The position numbers and the translations under genes are program-made. Source: Oscillospiraceae bacterium (GTDB lineage: Bacteria; Bacillota; Clostridia; Oscillospirales; CAG-272). Taken from it: a stretch of DNA of 64,000 nt. Positions 1-8,663 of the stretch are shown piece after piece. The number at the start of each line of letters is the position of its first letter. Positions within the stretch are counted from its first letter, which is position 1. The notes under the pieces are model-generated. The model saw nothing but the letters and a program-made list of their open reading frames with translations, searched no databases and was not told the DNA's origin. The stretch is from NCBI GenBank assembly GCA_015065215.1, contig SVQT01000004.1, forward strand, positions 3,264-67,263, in the 5' to 3' direction.

Positions 1-49
1 TTGCACGTCCGCGGACGACCGATGGTCGCCCCTACAAATAACTCCATAA

Positions 50-102
50 AAAAGTTGGACACATCATTTTAAGGTTTTGCCTTGATGATGTGTCCAACTT
101 TT
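50..102. terminator. intrinsic-terminator-like hairpin downstream of the HTH gene
   Basis: Perfect 18-bp inverted repeat AAAAGTTGGACACATCAT (50-67) / ATGATGTGTCCAACTTTT (85-102), with an A-run before and a T-run after, so it is usable on either strand. Confidence 0.6.
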
Positions 103-126
103 TATTTAAATAAACCAACAGCTTGA

Positions 127-408
127 CTATAAGCTTTCAAGAAATGCGAGTAGGAGTATCTTTTGCTTGGGGGAAAGCTTAGAAAAAGCAGCCGCGGTCT
201 CATCCGAATCCGCTTCTTCCTTGAAAAACTCTTGAACAGAGATGCTCATGGCGTCGCACAAAAGCTGAAGATGACCAACGGTGATGTCTGCCTCGCCAAG
301 CTCAACACGTCGCAAATGTGTTTGAGATACACCGGCTCTTTCTGCCAAGCCATTTTGCGTAAAGCCGCACCGTTTCCTTAAATCAATCAGTCTTTTACTA
401 ACATTCAT
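127..408 (-). CDS. XRE-family helix-turn-helix transcriptional regulator
   Basis: ORF 127..447 with an HTH_3-like segment FTQNGLAERAGVSQTHLRRVELG. Start moved to ATG 408 (MNVSKR), which has GAGGAG just upstream. Confidence 0.8.
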   Translation of the reverse strand: MNVSKRLIDLRKRCGFTQNGLAERAGVSQTHLRRVELGEADITVGHLQLLCDAMSISVQEFFKEEADSDETAAAFSKLSPKQKILLLAFLESL

Positions 409-680
409 GGTTTTCTCCTCGTTAGTCTTATAAGAATATATTAACACAAAACTGTGCCAACAATTATGCTTATAAGCTTGACAAATTATTCCTATAGTGT
501 TATAATTGCTAATACATATCTAATTATGGAGAAAAATGCCGTAAAAAAACAAGATGCTTTCCTTGTTATAATACATTTCGCACCGAAAAGCCTGCAACGG
601 TTGTTATTCTGCCTATTAATCCGTGGCAAGCTTGGCGGAGCACCAAAACGGAGAAGAAAAAGAAGAAAAGGAGAAAAAAG

Positions 681-2990
681 ATGAAAAAACACATGCTCAA
701 AGTGTTTCTGGCAACCCTGATGCTGGTCGGTTTGATCATTGGATTTTGCATCATCGCAGGCGCAGAGGAAACGCCGACGTACGTTGCGCAGGTTGGTAAC
801 ACCAAGTACGAAACCATTGACGAAGCGGTTGCCAATTGGACGCACAACACCGAGCTGACGCTTCTTGCCGACGTGACACTGAGCGATGTCGTGCAGATGA
901 AATCCACGGAGAAGCACACCCTGAATCTTGGCACCTATACGCTGACCGCTGCCAGCGGCAAGCATGCGCTTGAAATCACGTCGGAGGGGGTCACATCCCT
1001 GTCCACCGCCTTGATCATAAAGGCAGACGCAACCAACCCCGGCGGCATTGTTGCCACGGGCAAGTCCTGCATCTATCATAACAAAAAGTCGGGAGTGTCA
1101 AAGGACCGCCCCGTCATCCAAATTACCGGCGGTGTGTTTAACGGCAGCTATGCCATCAATGTTACCGGTAACGGCAATGCGAACGGCCCCAGTGTCGAAA
1201 TTAGCGGCGGCGTTTTTCATGCAAATGTACAAGTTAACAAGTCGAAACTGATAATTTCCGGCGGCACCTTCCACAAGTCCGTTGCCGGCACGGGCGATAG
1301 CTCCTCGAACCGATTGTTCAAGGGCGGTCGCTTTAGCAGCTTCGGCTTCATGACCGCCGATGCCGCAACCAAGTTTACTGTTGGCTCGGGAAGTGGCGTA
1401 TTTAACACCGGTATGTATGTGGATGCCGAGGGCTATCTTGTTGTTGGCGGCCCCGTCATTACAACTCCCGGCACTGCGTATCAGGCATCCACGACCTATG
1501 ATGCCTGGAACTCCTACTTGAAGTACAGCAGCGCCGCCGCAAACGGTCTTTACTGGAGCGATATCAACACCGCCATGACAAAGAAGCCCAGTGGCAGTAT
1601 CACCGTTTACGTGGACGAGCTTGATATGACAGGCAGTAGCTTTAAGGGCAAGCTGATCCTTCCCGAGGACGGCAGGTTGTCGGTAACATTTGCTGAGGGC
1701 ACCACGCCCGCATGGTCTGTCATCACCCAAGCGGAGGGTCAAACGGTCGTTTACACCGAAACGGTCGTCGACGGCGCTGTAATACGCAATTATTCCCTGC
1801 TCTGCGTTTCCCAGAATCTTGCAGACGCCGGTGCTGTTCAGGTCACCACCGCACCCACGGCAAACAGGATAACCTTGGTTGCCGCACCCGGCGAGGATTA
1901 CTATTTCGTGAACTGGACCAGCGGTGATGAGGTAGTCGGCACCGAGGTCACCTGCCTCATTGATCCCGCCGCATATGCCGACGTTCAGGCAAACTTTGCA
2001 CCCAAAACGCCGGAGCAGACACCGGCAGGCTCCTTTGAGATGCCCGATAAGATTATCGGTCTTGTGCCGGGGGCACAGTATAGCGTTACATGCAACGGCA
2101 ACCCGACTGACTGCACCGCAAACGATGCCGGTGAGATTGCTGTACCGGATACGTGGTACGGTCAGGATATCGCCATCGTGAAAAAGGCGGTGAATATCAC
2201 GTACCGCGACAGTGAGGCGCAGATCATAACGCTTCCTATTTGCTATACCGTTACCTACTTTTACGGCGAGGGCTTCGATTCTGAGGAGATCCGGCTGTTT
2301 GGATCTGCCGTCCTCGAATTCCACTCACCCAAATTCATCTCGGGTATGATCTTTATCGGCTGGTATGACGATGCCGACTTCACCGTGCCGCACAATTTTG
2401 ACGTTGCTGTTACCGCAAGCATAACGCTGTACGCACGCCTTGTCGATCATAACAGCGATATGAAGAAGCTTGGCGATGCGCTCGATGCCGCCATTGCCAA
2501 CCTTAACACTGCATTGGAAAGCAAGGCGGATGCGACTACCGTTACCGCAGCAATTGAGGCCCTGCAGGCTATCATTAACGCCCTGGAGGATGCCAAGGAC
2601 GATTACATCGAGGCAGACGAGACGCTGAAGGAAGAGCTTTTGGCAGCAATCGATGCCGCCAAGCAGGAGGCGATCGAAGCCGCCAAGGGATACATCCCCC
2701 ACATCGGTGAGAACGGCATTACGCCGCTTATTCGGATCAATGCCGGAACGCACGAGTGGGAGGTTTCCTACGACAACGGTCTGACCTGGAGCTCGCTTGG
2801 TGCAAAGGCACCCGTTGCACAGGAGAATACCGAAAAGGAAACGGCTGCCAAGGAGAACGAAGAGAAGGATGCTGGCGAAAGCAACGATGTTTTGACCGTT
2901 TCCGCCGCCGTTACCGGCACGGCGCTTGCAAGCAATAGTATTGTCATGGGTGCCTGGTCGATTCTGAAAAAGAGAAGGGGATTACTGTAA
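681..2990 (+). CDS. secreted surface protein: beta-helix-like GG.F repeats, InlB-B/Flg_new-type repeats, coiled coil, C-terminal TM anchor
   Basis: N-terminal signal peptide (MKKHMLKVFLATLMLVGLIIGF). Repeats of the type YTVTYFYGEG...FIGWYDDADF...ITLYARL. C-terminal hydrophobic helix followed by KKRRGLL. No LPXTG motif seen. Confidence 0.75.
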   Translation: MKKHMLKVFLATLMLVGLIIGFCIIAGAEETPTYVAQVGNTKYETIDEAVANWTHNTELTLLADVTLSDVVQMKSTEKHTLNLGTYTLTAASGKHALEITSEGVTSLSTALIIKADATNPGGIVATGKSCIYHNKKSGVSKDRPVIQITGGVFNGSYAINVTGNGNANGPSVEISGGVFHANVQVNKSKLIISGGTFHKSVAGTGDSSSNRLFKGGRFSSFGFMTADAATKFTVGSGSGVFNTGMYVDAEGYLVVGGPVITTPGTAYQASTTYDAWNSYLKYSSAAANGLYWSDINTAMTKKPSGSITVYVDELDMTGSSFKGKLILPEDGRLSVTFAEGTTPAWSVITQAEGQTVVYTETVVDGAVIRNYSLLCVSQNLADAGAVQVTTAPTANRITLVAAPGEDYYFVNWTSGDEVVGTEVTCLIDPAAYADVQANFAPKTPEQTPAGSFEMPDKIIGLVPGAQYSVTCNGNPTDCTANDAGEIAVPDTWYGQDIAIVKKAVNITYRDSEAQIITLPICYTVTYFYGEGFDSEEIRLFGSAVLEFHSPKFISGMIFIGWYDDADFTVPHNFDVAVTASITLYARLVDHNSDMKKLGDALDAAIANLNTALESKADATTVTAAIEALQAIINALEDAKDDYIEADETLKEELLAAIDAAKQEAIEAAKGYIPHIGENGITPLIRINAGTHEWEVSYDNGLTWSSLGAKAPVAQENTEKETAAKENEEKDAGESNDVLTVSAAVTGTALASNSIVMGAWSILKKRRGLL

Positions 2991-3053
2991 TGTGCGTCGG
3001 TTCGTGATATGAAACGACATATTCGGACAATATTGAGGAGTGTAATGTAGAAA

Positions 3054-3794
3054 ATGAATACTATGCTTATTATTTTCATGGCAGTAGTCAGTGCCGTGAC
3101 CATCATTTCAACCTTTGCTGTTTTACGCGAGATCGTAAGGGAAAAGGGTAACAGCAAGCGCGCACGCATCGAAGCAGACCGCGAAATACGCGCTGCCATG
3201 ATTGCCGCGATCGCCGAGGAGCGCGCAAAAATGGAAGCTATGAACGGAGAGATGCGTTCTGCCTGCACTGCGGAAAGCCTTGCTGCATCTGTTATTGAGA
3301 AGCCCTCCGCACTTGAACCGGAGGTCAAGGAAGCGCAGGAGCAGGAAAACGAAGAGGGCGAGGGAACGGTAAGCTTTTCCGCAACACAGCGCCAGACCCT
3401 TGAAGAGCAGTACGCCGCTCTTAGCACCGAGCAAAAGGAATTTTACGATAAAATTGCCGCATATGCTGCCGCAAAAAAGGGCAGCAAATGCATGAAAAAT
3501 CAGCGGTACGAGGAATACAAGCTCGGCTCCAGCCGCATTGTCCGTCTGCGTATCAGGCGCGGTATCGTGCACTGCGAGTTTGTGATGATCAACCGCGACT
3601 TCCGTAACCACATCAGCGAAAGCAAGGTCTCTGTCAAGGAAGCCGCCACCGTTATCAAGGTGCAGGAAGCCGCCGCAGTCGAGGTCGTGCTCAGCAGCAT
3701 TGATCTTGCTGTCCAGCTGATTGAAGAGGAGCGCGCCTACAAAAAGCAGCTTGCAAGAGAGCGCCGCAGGCAGGCAAATCACCGCGCAGAGTAG
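3054..3794 (+). CDS. hypothetical membrane-anchored coiled-coil protein
   Basis: 246-aa ORF with an N-terminal TM helix (LIIFMAVVSAVTIISTFAVL) and E/K/A-rich helical stretches. A terminator follows. Confidence 0.6.
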   Translation: MNTMLIIFMAVVSAVTIISTFAVLREIVREKGNSKRARIEADREIRAAMIAAIAEERAKMEAMNGEMRSACTAESLAASVIEKPSALEPEVKEAQEQENEEGEGTVSFSATQRQTLEEQYAALSTEQKEFYDKIAAYAAAKKGSKCMKNQRYEEYKLGSSRIVRLRIRRGIVHCEFVMINRDFRNHISESKVSVKEAATVIKVQEAAAVEVVLSSIDLAVQLIEEERAYKKQLARERRRQANHRAE

Positions 3795-3820
3795 CAAATT
3801 TTAAACATGTAAGGAAAAAC

Positions 3821-3855
3821 AAAACCACGCGTTTCACGCGTGGTTTTGTTTTTTG
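3821..3855 (+). terminator. rho-independent terminator
   Basis: AAAACCACGCG / CGCGTGGTTTT stem with a 5-nt loop, followed by GTTTTTTG. Confidence 0.8.
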
Positions 3856-3888
3856 CCTATTGAAATGACCACTCAAATATGCTACAAT

Positions 3889-3938
3889 GAAAAAACAAGA
3901 TGGCTAAAATAAAAAAACATCTCAGACTTTTTACCGCA
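3889..3938. repeat. direct repeat copy A (about 50 nt) upstream of the alcohol dehydrogenase gene
   Basis: GAAAAAACAAGATGGCTAAAATAAAAAAACATCTCAGACTTTTTACCGCA. It matches 5404-5452 apart from a 1-nt A-run length difference and one substitution. Confidence 0.85.
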
Positions 3939-4179
3939 AAGCCGCCTTGTTATCGACGCTTGTAAAGGAGTGTATTACGATGGATCGGATCATTCTGCAT
4001 CTGCCTTCCTTCCATACACACGCACTGATAGCGCTTGATCTTACAGTGTAAATGTGCCGACATTTTGCGATTGCCTATTGATTGTGACGGCGATTTTCGA
4101 TATAATTTAAGTAAAGCCACATCCTGCCGGGGCAAGCTTGGCACGGCAAGAAATGCTTTTGAACGAAAAGGAGTACGTG

Positions 4180-5385
4180 ATGAAAAATTTTGAGCTTTAT
4201 AATCCCGTTCGAGTGATTTTTGGAAACGGCGAGTCTGAGGATATTGGCCAATACGTTGATGGGCTTGGCAAAAAGGCCTTAGTCGTATCCTACGGCAGCG
4301 CCACGCTGAACGCGCTTCGGGGGCGCGTAGAGGCCTCGCTTAAGAGCCGCGGCATTGAGGTGGTGCCCTTCTATTGCATCACGGCAAATCCCTTGCTCTC
4401 TCACATTCGCGAGGCCGTTGACATTTGCCGCGCGCAGGGCGTTGATTTTTGCATCGCCGTTGGCGGCGGTAGTGTGATGGATTCCACAAAGGCGATCGCC
4501 GCCGGCGCTTTATACGAGCATGATCTTTGGAAAATGTTCATCTCCCGTCACGACTGTGACGTTTGCATTCCGCCCGAAAGATCGTTGCCCACCGTGATGA
4601 TTCCGACCTTGCCTGCCACCAGCAGCGAAATGAACTGCATCGCAGTTGCCACCAACGATGAAACCAAGGAAAAGGCGTATATCTACACGGCGGCACTGTA
4701 TCCCACGCTCGCGATCATGGATCCTGCATTGACCTGCACGCTGCCCGCCTCTCATACCGTGGTGGGCGCGGTGGATGCGATGTCCCACGTGCTGGAGGCG
4801 TATCTGAACGGGGACCAGCGCTCTCCCTTGCAGGACCGCCTGCACGAGGGCATTCTGGTTACGATCATGGGCGAGCTGCGCGAGATTTTAAAGGACCCCA
4901 CCAACGTAGAGCATCGCGCCAATATGCAGTGGGCGGCGTGCCTTGCCTGGAATGGCTATTTGCAGTCCGGCCTGGATGCGCCCACGCCTATGCATCAGAT
5001 GGGGCACGTGCTGTCTGCGCTGTACAATACGCCCCACGGCGTGACACTGGCGATCTTTATGGATGCCTTTTTCAGATATACGTCAAAGCTGAACGAGGAG
5101 CGAGCCCGTCGCTTTGCGCTTTTAGGTGTTAAGATCTTCGGGCTTGATCCTCAAATGCCCGCGGCGGAGGCAGCCGCCAAAACCGTTGATATGATGGTCA
5201 GCTTTATGGACGAGATCGGTGTGCCTCACACGCTTTCGAGCGCGGGGATTCCGCTTTCCGATATTGAGAAAATTGCGGACGAGATCGTTGCGCACGGCTG
5301 CAATGCAGAGGGTATGCTTCCCTCAATTCCTCCCATCGGCACAGAGGGCATTATGGAAATATTGAATATGGCCAAGGGAGAATAA
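4180..5385 (+). CDS. iron-containing (group III) alcohol dehydrogenase
   Basis: GGGSVMDSTKAIA motif and His-rich metal-site segments (AMSHVLEAY, HQMGHVLSALYNTPHG). Start set to ATG 4180 (MKNFELYNP) behind AAAGGAG. Confidence 0.85.
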   Translation: MKNFELYNPVRVIFGNGESEDIGQYVDGLGKKALVVSYGSATLNALRGRVEASLKSRGIEVVPFYCITANPLLSHIREAVDICRAQGVDFCIAVGGGSVMDSTKAIAAGALYEHDLWKMFISRHDCDVCIPPERSLPTVMIPTLPATSSEMNCIAVATNDETKEKAYIYTAALYPTLAIMDPALTCTLPASHTVVGAVDAMSHVLEAYLNGDQRSPLQDRLHEGILVTIMGELREILKDPTNVEHRANMQWAACLAWNGYLQSGLDAPTPMHQMGHVLSALYNTPHGVTLAIFMDAFFRYTSKLNEERARRFALLGVKIFGLDPQMPAAEAAAKTVDMMVSFMDEIGVPHTLSSAGIPLSDIEKIADEIVAHGCNAEGMLPSIPPIGTEGIMEILNMAKGE

Positions 5386-5403
5386 AGCAAAAATCTTATC
5401 AAA

Positions 5404-5452
5404 GAAAAAACAAGATGGCTAAAATAAAAAACATCTCAGACTTTTTGCCGCA
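5404..5452. repeat. direct repeat copy B downstream of the alcohol dehydrogenase gene
   Basis: Near-identical to 3889-3938. It begins 19 nt after the adh stop codon. Confidence 0.85.
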
Positions 5453-5475
5453 CCGCTGGCTCTGAGAGAGGGAAA

Positions 5476-5772
5476 TTGTGGTCGGTGGTCAAGGCGCACG
5501 GCTGGATGTCCTACGAGCTTAGTGTCCGAGAGGGTGTTACGAACACGCTGGTCATTCTTGGAAAAGGGCAGGAGGGGCACCTCAGCTTTACCTTGAGTGT
5601 GGATGGAGAGGTCACGCGTCACCAAAAGGCGGGCGACGGCATCCTGGAATGCGAATATCTGTTCACGCCTGCCGCGGGAAAGGATAAGGTCACTGTGAAA
5701 ATAGAGAGAAACTCGGAATATATGCCCTATATTTACACCTTGAAAATCAAATTTGATAGCATTTCTACCTAA
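5476..5772 (+). CDS. hypothetical protein (possibly a gene fragment)
   Basis: 98-aa ORF with a TTG start behind GAGAGAGGGA. No recognisable motif. A strong terminator follows. Confidence 0.35.
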   Translation: MWSVVKAHGWMSYELSVREGVTNTLVILGKGQEGHLSFTLSVDGEVTRHQKAGDGILECEYLFTPAAGKDKVTVKIERNSEYMPYIYTLKIKFDSIST

Positions 5773-5785
5773 GAATTTCTACCTA

Positions 5786-5835
5786 AAAGCCGCTTTGCCA
5801 TCACTTTTTTGATGGCAAAGCGGCTTTGCTTTTTG
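5786..5835. terminator. bidirectional rho-independent terminator
   Basis: AAAGCCGCTTTGCCATCA / TGATGGCAAAGCGGCTTT 18-bp stem between convergent genes, with T-runs on both strands. Confidence 0.8.
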
Positions 5836-5886
5836 TGTGTTTTTTTGTTCGGCGCTCATGTGGAAGCATCTTTTCGTGTCAAAGCA

Positions 5887-7287
5887 TTACTGCCAATAAT
5901 CAACCTCGTGGGGCAGATCAATATCCTTGGCGCAAAACACAGGGGTCTTTCCTTCCTTTTTTTGTCGGCGGTAGTCCTTCAGCGCCCGGAAGGCATATCT
6001 GCCAAGGAAAAGGATCACCGGCATATTGATAATCGCCATCATACCCATCATCACATCGGCCAGATCCCAAAGCAAACCGGCACTGAGCCCGGCGCCAAGG
6101 AAAATCACCCCTACCGCCACAATATAATAGATATAATTGAAGCGCTTACCGGGGGTATGGCCCAAAATATGGCTAAAGGCCTGATTGACATAATATAGAT
6201 TGCCAAGCAGGGTTGTAAAGGCAAACAAAATCATGGCCACTGTAATAAACCAAGGGCCAAAATTACCCAGAGCATTTTGCAAAGAGGCCTGTACATACGG
6301 TGCGCCCGCCAAATCGACGGCAGGCTCGACGCCGGAGCAAAGACACATAAAGGCGGTAGCGGAACAAACCAAAAGCGTATCAATGAAAACCGAAAGCACC
6401 TGTACAAGTCCTTGCTTTGCAGGATGACTGATTTCGGCGGAAGCGGAAGCGTTGGGAGCGGAACCGACACCGGCCTCATTACTGAACAGGCCGCGTTTGA
6501 CGCCGTACATCAGGCAGGAGCCACCGAAGCCGCCAAAAATAGCACGAAAACGAAAGGCCTCGCTAAAAATCCTTCCAAAGACTGTAGGCAGCAGCTGAAT
6601 ATGCATGCAGACAATGATCAGAGCCATTAAAATATAGGCAATGCCCATCACGGGGACCAGCACGCCTGTGATCTTCAACACACGGGAGCCGCCGCCAAAC
6701 AGACAATACGCCACCGCGGCTGCCACGATCAGACCGATGATCCACGGGGTCATCTTTGGATTATAAAAGGAATAGCCGGAAAAGGTTGATTGCAAATTAT
6801 ACGAGGCCAGCATGTTGAAGCCAATGCCGTAGGTCAGGATCAGCAAAACCGAGAATACAATGGCAAGCGGGCGACATTTCAGTGCCGTTTCAATATAGTA
6901 AGCAGGGCCGCCGTAGCATCCTTCTTGTCCGCGCTTTTTGTAAATCTGCGCTAACGTGCTTTCCACAAAGGCAGAGGCGCTGCCAATTAAGGCGATCACC
7001 CACATCCAGAAAACCGAGCTGTAGCCGCCAAGACACAACGCGGTAGAAACGCCGATAATGTTACCGGTACCCACACGTGAGGCAGTAGAGACCATCAGTG
7101 CGCTAAAAGAGGAAACCCCCTTGCCATCGGCCGGTTTTTCGGTGACCACGCGCAGCTGATCGCCGATTGTGCCAAACTGGGCAAACTTGGTACGGCAAGT
7201 AAAATACAGACCGCCAAGCACCAACAAAATCACCAACACATAACTGTACATGGCATTGCTGATTTGAGAAATAACATTACCAAACAT
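5887..7287 (-). CDS. alanine/glycine:cation symporter (AGCS family)
   Basis: 466-aa polytopic membrane protein with AGCS-typical segments (SSFSALMVSTASRVGTGNIIGV, LFSNEAGVGSAPNASA). Confidence 0.85.
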   Translation of the reverse strand: MFGNVISQISNAMYSYVLVILLVLGGLYFTCRTKFAQFGTIGDQLRVVTEKPADGKGVSSFSALMVSTASRVGTGNIIGVSTALCLGGYSSVFWMWVIALIGSASAFVESTLAQIYKKRGQEGCYGGPAYYIETALKCRPLAIVFSVLLILTYGIGFNMLASYNLQSTFSGYSFYNPKMTPWIIGLIVAAAVAYCLFGGGSRVLKITGVLVPVMGIAYILMALIIVCMHIQLLPTVFGRIFSEAFRFRAIFGGFGGSCLMYGVKRGLFSNEAGVGSAPNASASAEISHPAKQGLVQVLSVFIDTLLVCSATAFMCLCSGVEPAVDLAGAPYVQASLQNALGNFGPWFITVAMILFAFTTLLGNLYYVNQAFSHILGHTPGKRFNYIYYIVAVGVIFLGAGLSAGLLWDLADVMMGMMAIINMPVILFLGRYAFRALKDYRRQKKEGKTPVFCAKDIDLPHEVDYWQ

Positions 7288-7317
7288 ATTGCGGCTCCCT
7301 TGATTATATTCTTTTTT

Positions 7318-7346
7318 ATTATAGACAGAAAGCCAGGAAAAGTCAA
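7318..7346 (-). promoter_or_regulatory. sigma-70-type promoter for the symporter gene
   Basis: On the minus strand: TTGACT, 17-nt spacer, TATAAT (-35 at 7346-7341, -10 at 7323-7318). Confidence 0.6.
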
Positions 7347-7635
7347 GAAAAAGTCAATTTTTTCGTGCCAGTGCCACAGCGCCGAGCTTATTTCTCTTGC
7401 CTTTCGGGTAGGCCAAACAAAAAAGCACCCGTTTGGGTGCTTTTTTGTTTGTGAAGGGCGGACGGAAAAGATATTTTTGCGAGTTTTTGTGTGGATTTGA
7501 ACCCAAATATAATTAAATGTTTTTCGACCGTAGTGAGAAAAGCTACATCAGTACCTTTTCACTATTCACTTTTACCTATTACCTATCGACAAGTTTGGTG
7601 CGAGAAGAGTGAAAAGTGAAGAGGTAATAGTGAAG

Positions 7636-7676
7636 AAGTAAAAATCGACAAGTCTCTGTCGAAACTTGTCGATTTT
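7636..7676 (-). terminator. terminator of the tRNA-Ala/tRNA-Arg transcription unit
   Basis: AAAATCGACAAGT / ACTTGTCGATTTT stem immediately after the tRNA-Arg 3' end. A T5 run follows on the minus strand. Confidence 0.7.
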
Positions 7677-7753
7677 TGGCCTACCCGAAAGGATTCGAAC
7701 CTTCGACCTTCAGAGTCGGAGTCTGACGCGCTATCCAGCTGTGCCACGGGTAG
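7677..7753 (-). tRNA. tRNA-Arg (anticodon CCG)
   Basis: The reverse complement folds as a cloverleaf. Acceptor CTACCCG/CGGGTAG, anticodon stem TCAGA/TCTGA with loop CTCCGAC, T-loop GGTTCGAATCC, encoded CCA. Confidence 0.9.
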
Positions 7754-7797
7754 ATGCGTGTGGGGCAAGCGTTTCGGCGTTTCGCCGAAACTGCCAC

Positions 7798-7873
7798 TGG
7801 TGGACCCGAAGGGGATCGAACCCTCGACCTCTGCGTTGCGAACGCAGCGCTCTCCCAGCTGAGCTACGGGCCC
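7798..7873 (-). tRNA. tRNA-Ala (anticodon CGC)
   Basis: Reverse complement GGGCCCGTAGCTCAGCTGGGAGAGC... Anticodon stem CTGCG/CGCAG with loop TTCGCAA, G3:U70 identity pair, GGTTCGATCC T-loop, encoded CCA. Confidence 0.9.
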
Positions 7874-7894
7874 GTGTGACCCCACAACAACAGT

Positions 7895-7923
7895 ATTATA
7901 GCACAGCTGTCAACACTTTGCAA
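7895..7923 (-). promoter_or_regulatory. sigma-70-type promoter for the tRNA-Ala/Arg unit
   Basis: On the minus strand: TTGCAA, 17-nt spacer, TATAAT, about 20 nt upstream of tRNA-Ala. Confidence 0.6.
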
Positions 7924-7958
7924 GAACTTTTCGCAAAAATCTTGTGACAGTTCTCGAC

Positions 7959-8162
7959 TTATGTAGGCGCCCGTACCACCACAATGCTTGCCGCCAGTCC
8001 GCCACAAAGCGCAAATCCCACGCCCTCACTCTCCACGACCGAGAGTTCGGAGCGTTTCATCACCATCTTCACCCGACCACCCGCGCGGAATGCCGCCGGC
8101 AGGATCGAGGGTGCGGCCAAAAGAATGGCGCTTTCCCCTACGCTTAATTCTGTTAAAAGCAT
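7959..8162 (-). CDS. feoA: FeoA-domain protein (orphan)
   Basis: 67 aa with FeoA/SH3-like pattern LTELSVGESAIL...GGRVKMVMKR....VESEGVGFALCGGLAASIVV. AGGAGG lies 6 nt upstream of the ATG. No feoB nearby. Confidence 0.55.
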   Translation of the reverse strand: MLLTELSVGESAILLAAPSILPAAFRAGGRVKMVMKRSELSVVESEGVGFALCGGLAASIVVVRAPT

Positions 8163-8287
8163 ATAACCACCTCCTGTTTCACTTCATTCCATTTTATGCG
8201 TACGGGTATAAAATGTCTTTGCCGTGTTATACTAAAATTGTTGAAAAACAGAAATTTGGAGACTTTGAAAAAATTTCCAAAAAGGTC

Positions 8288-8316
8288 TTGACAACGCGTA
8301 GCAATTCTGCTATAAT
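8288..8316 (+). promoter_or_regulatory. consensus sigma-70 promoter for tRNA-Gln
   Basis: TTGACA (8288-8293), 17-nt spacer, TATAAT (8311-8316), 15 nt before the tRNA 5' end. Confidence 0.75.
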
Positions 8317-8331
8317 ACCCCTGTTCGATAT

Positions 8332-8407
8332 TGCGGTGTCGCCAAGTGGTAAGGCAACGGACTCTGACTCCGTCATTTCCTAGGTTCGAATCCTAGCACC
8401 GCAGCCA
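8332..8407 (+). tRNA. tRNA-Gln (anticodon CTG)
   Basis: Acceptor TGCGGTG/CACCGCA (U1:A72), anticodon stem ACGGA/TCCGT with loop CTCTGAC, T-arm CTAGGTTCGAATCCTAG, encoded CCA. Confidence 0.9.
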
Positions 8408-8442
8408 CCTTTTCTGACCTTAATAGATGCAGGTCGGACAAA

Positions 8443-8474
8443 CCCAGAGTTCACAAGGGCTCTGGGCTTTTTTT
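8443..8474 (+). terminator. rho-independent terminator after tRNA-Gln
   Basis: CCCAGAG / CTCTGGG stem followed by CTTTTTTT. Confidence 0.7.
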
Positions 8475-8663
8475 ATCCAAAAAAATAGGTTGAAATTAAA
8501 TAGATGCCAATGGGTGTTTTAGAAGGAAGGTTGCCAGGGATTCCAACCTCTGCACAGCAAAAATTAGGGCAGATTTTGAGATTATTTCGTCTCAAAATCT
8601 GCCTTTGTGTCGTTTGCAGAAATAATAGATATTAATTAATGGGTTTGACTCGAATTTGATACA

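Noticed and set aside
1098-2324. Long antisense or alternate-frame ORFs inside well-supported genes. Examples: 1098..2324, 15004..16146, 22587..23417, 25146..26561, 32242..32934, 34861..35826, 35535..36362, 53490..54143, 58883..59665.
   Set aside because: They lie entirely within genes that have clear family motifs on the other strand or frame. Their amino-acid composition is Arg/Gly/Ala-rich shadow sequence with no SD. This is typical of GC-rich coding DNA.
7288-7420. Glycine or amino-acid riboswitch upstream of the AGCS symporter.
   Set aside because: The leader is only ~30 nt from the predicted -10 to the ATG. The ACCCGAAAGGCAA-like string lies upstream of the promoter, and no paired aptamer architecture is visible.
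7555-7638. ~85-nt imperfect inverted repeat (TTCACTATT / CACTTTTAC ... GTGAAAAGTG / AATAGTGAA) just beyond the tRNA terminator.
   Set aside because: The pairing is imperfect, with alternative registers, and there is no second copy in the window. It may be a secondary terminator or a REP-like element, but the evidence is not enough to call.
7583-7947. ORFs 7583..7885 and 7666..7947.
   Set aside because: They overlap the tRNA-Arg and tRNA-Ala genes and their terminator and promoter. They are translation artefacts.
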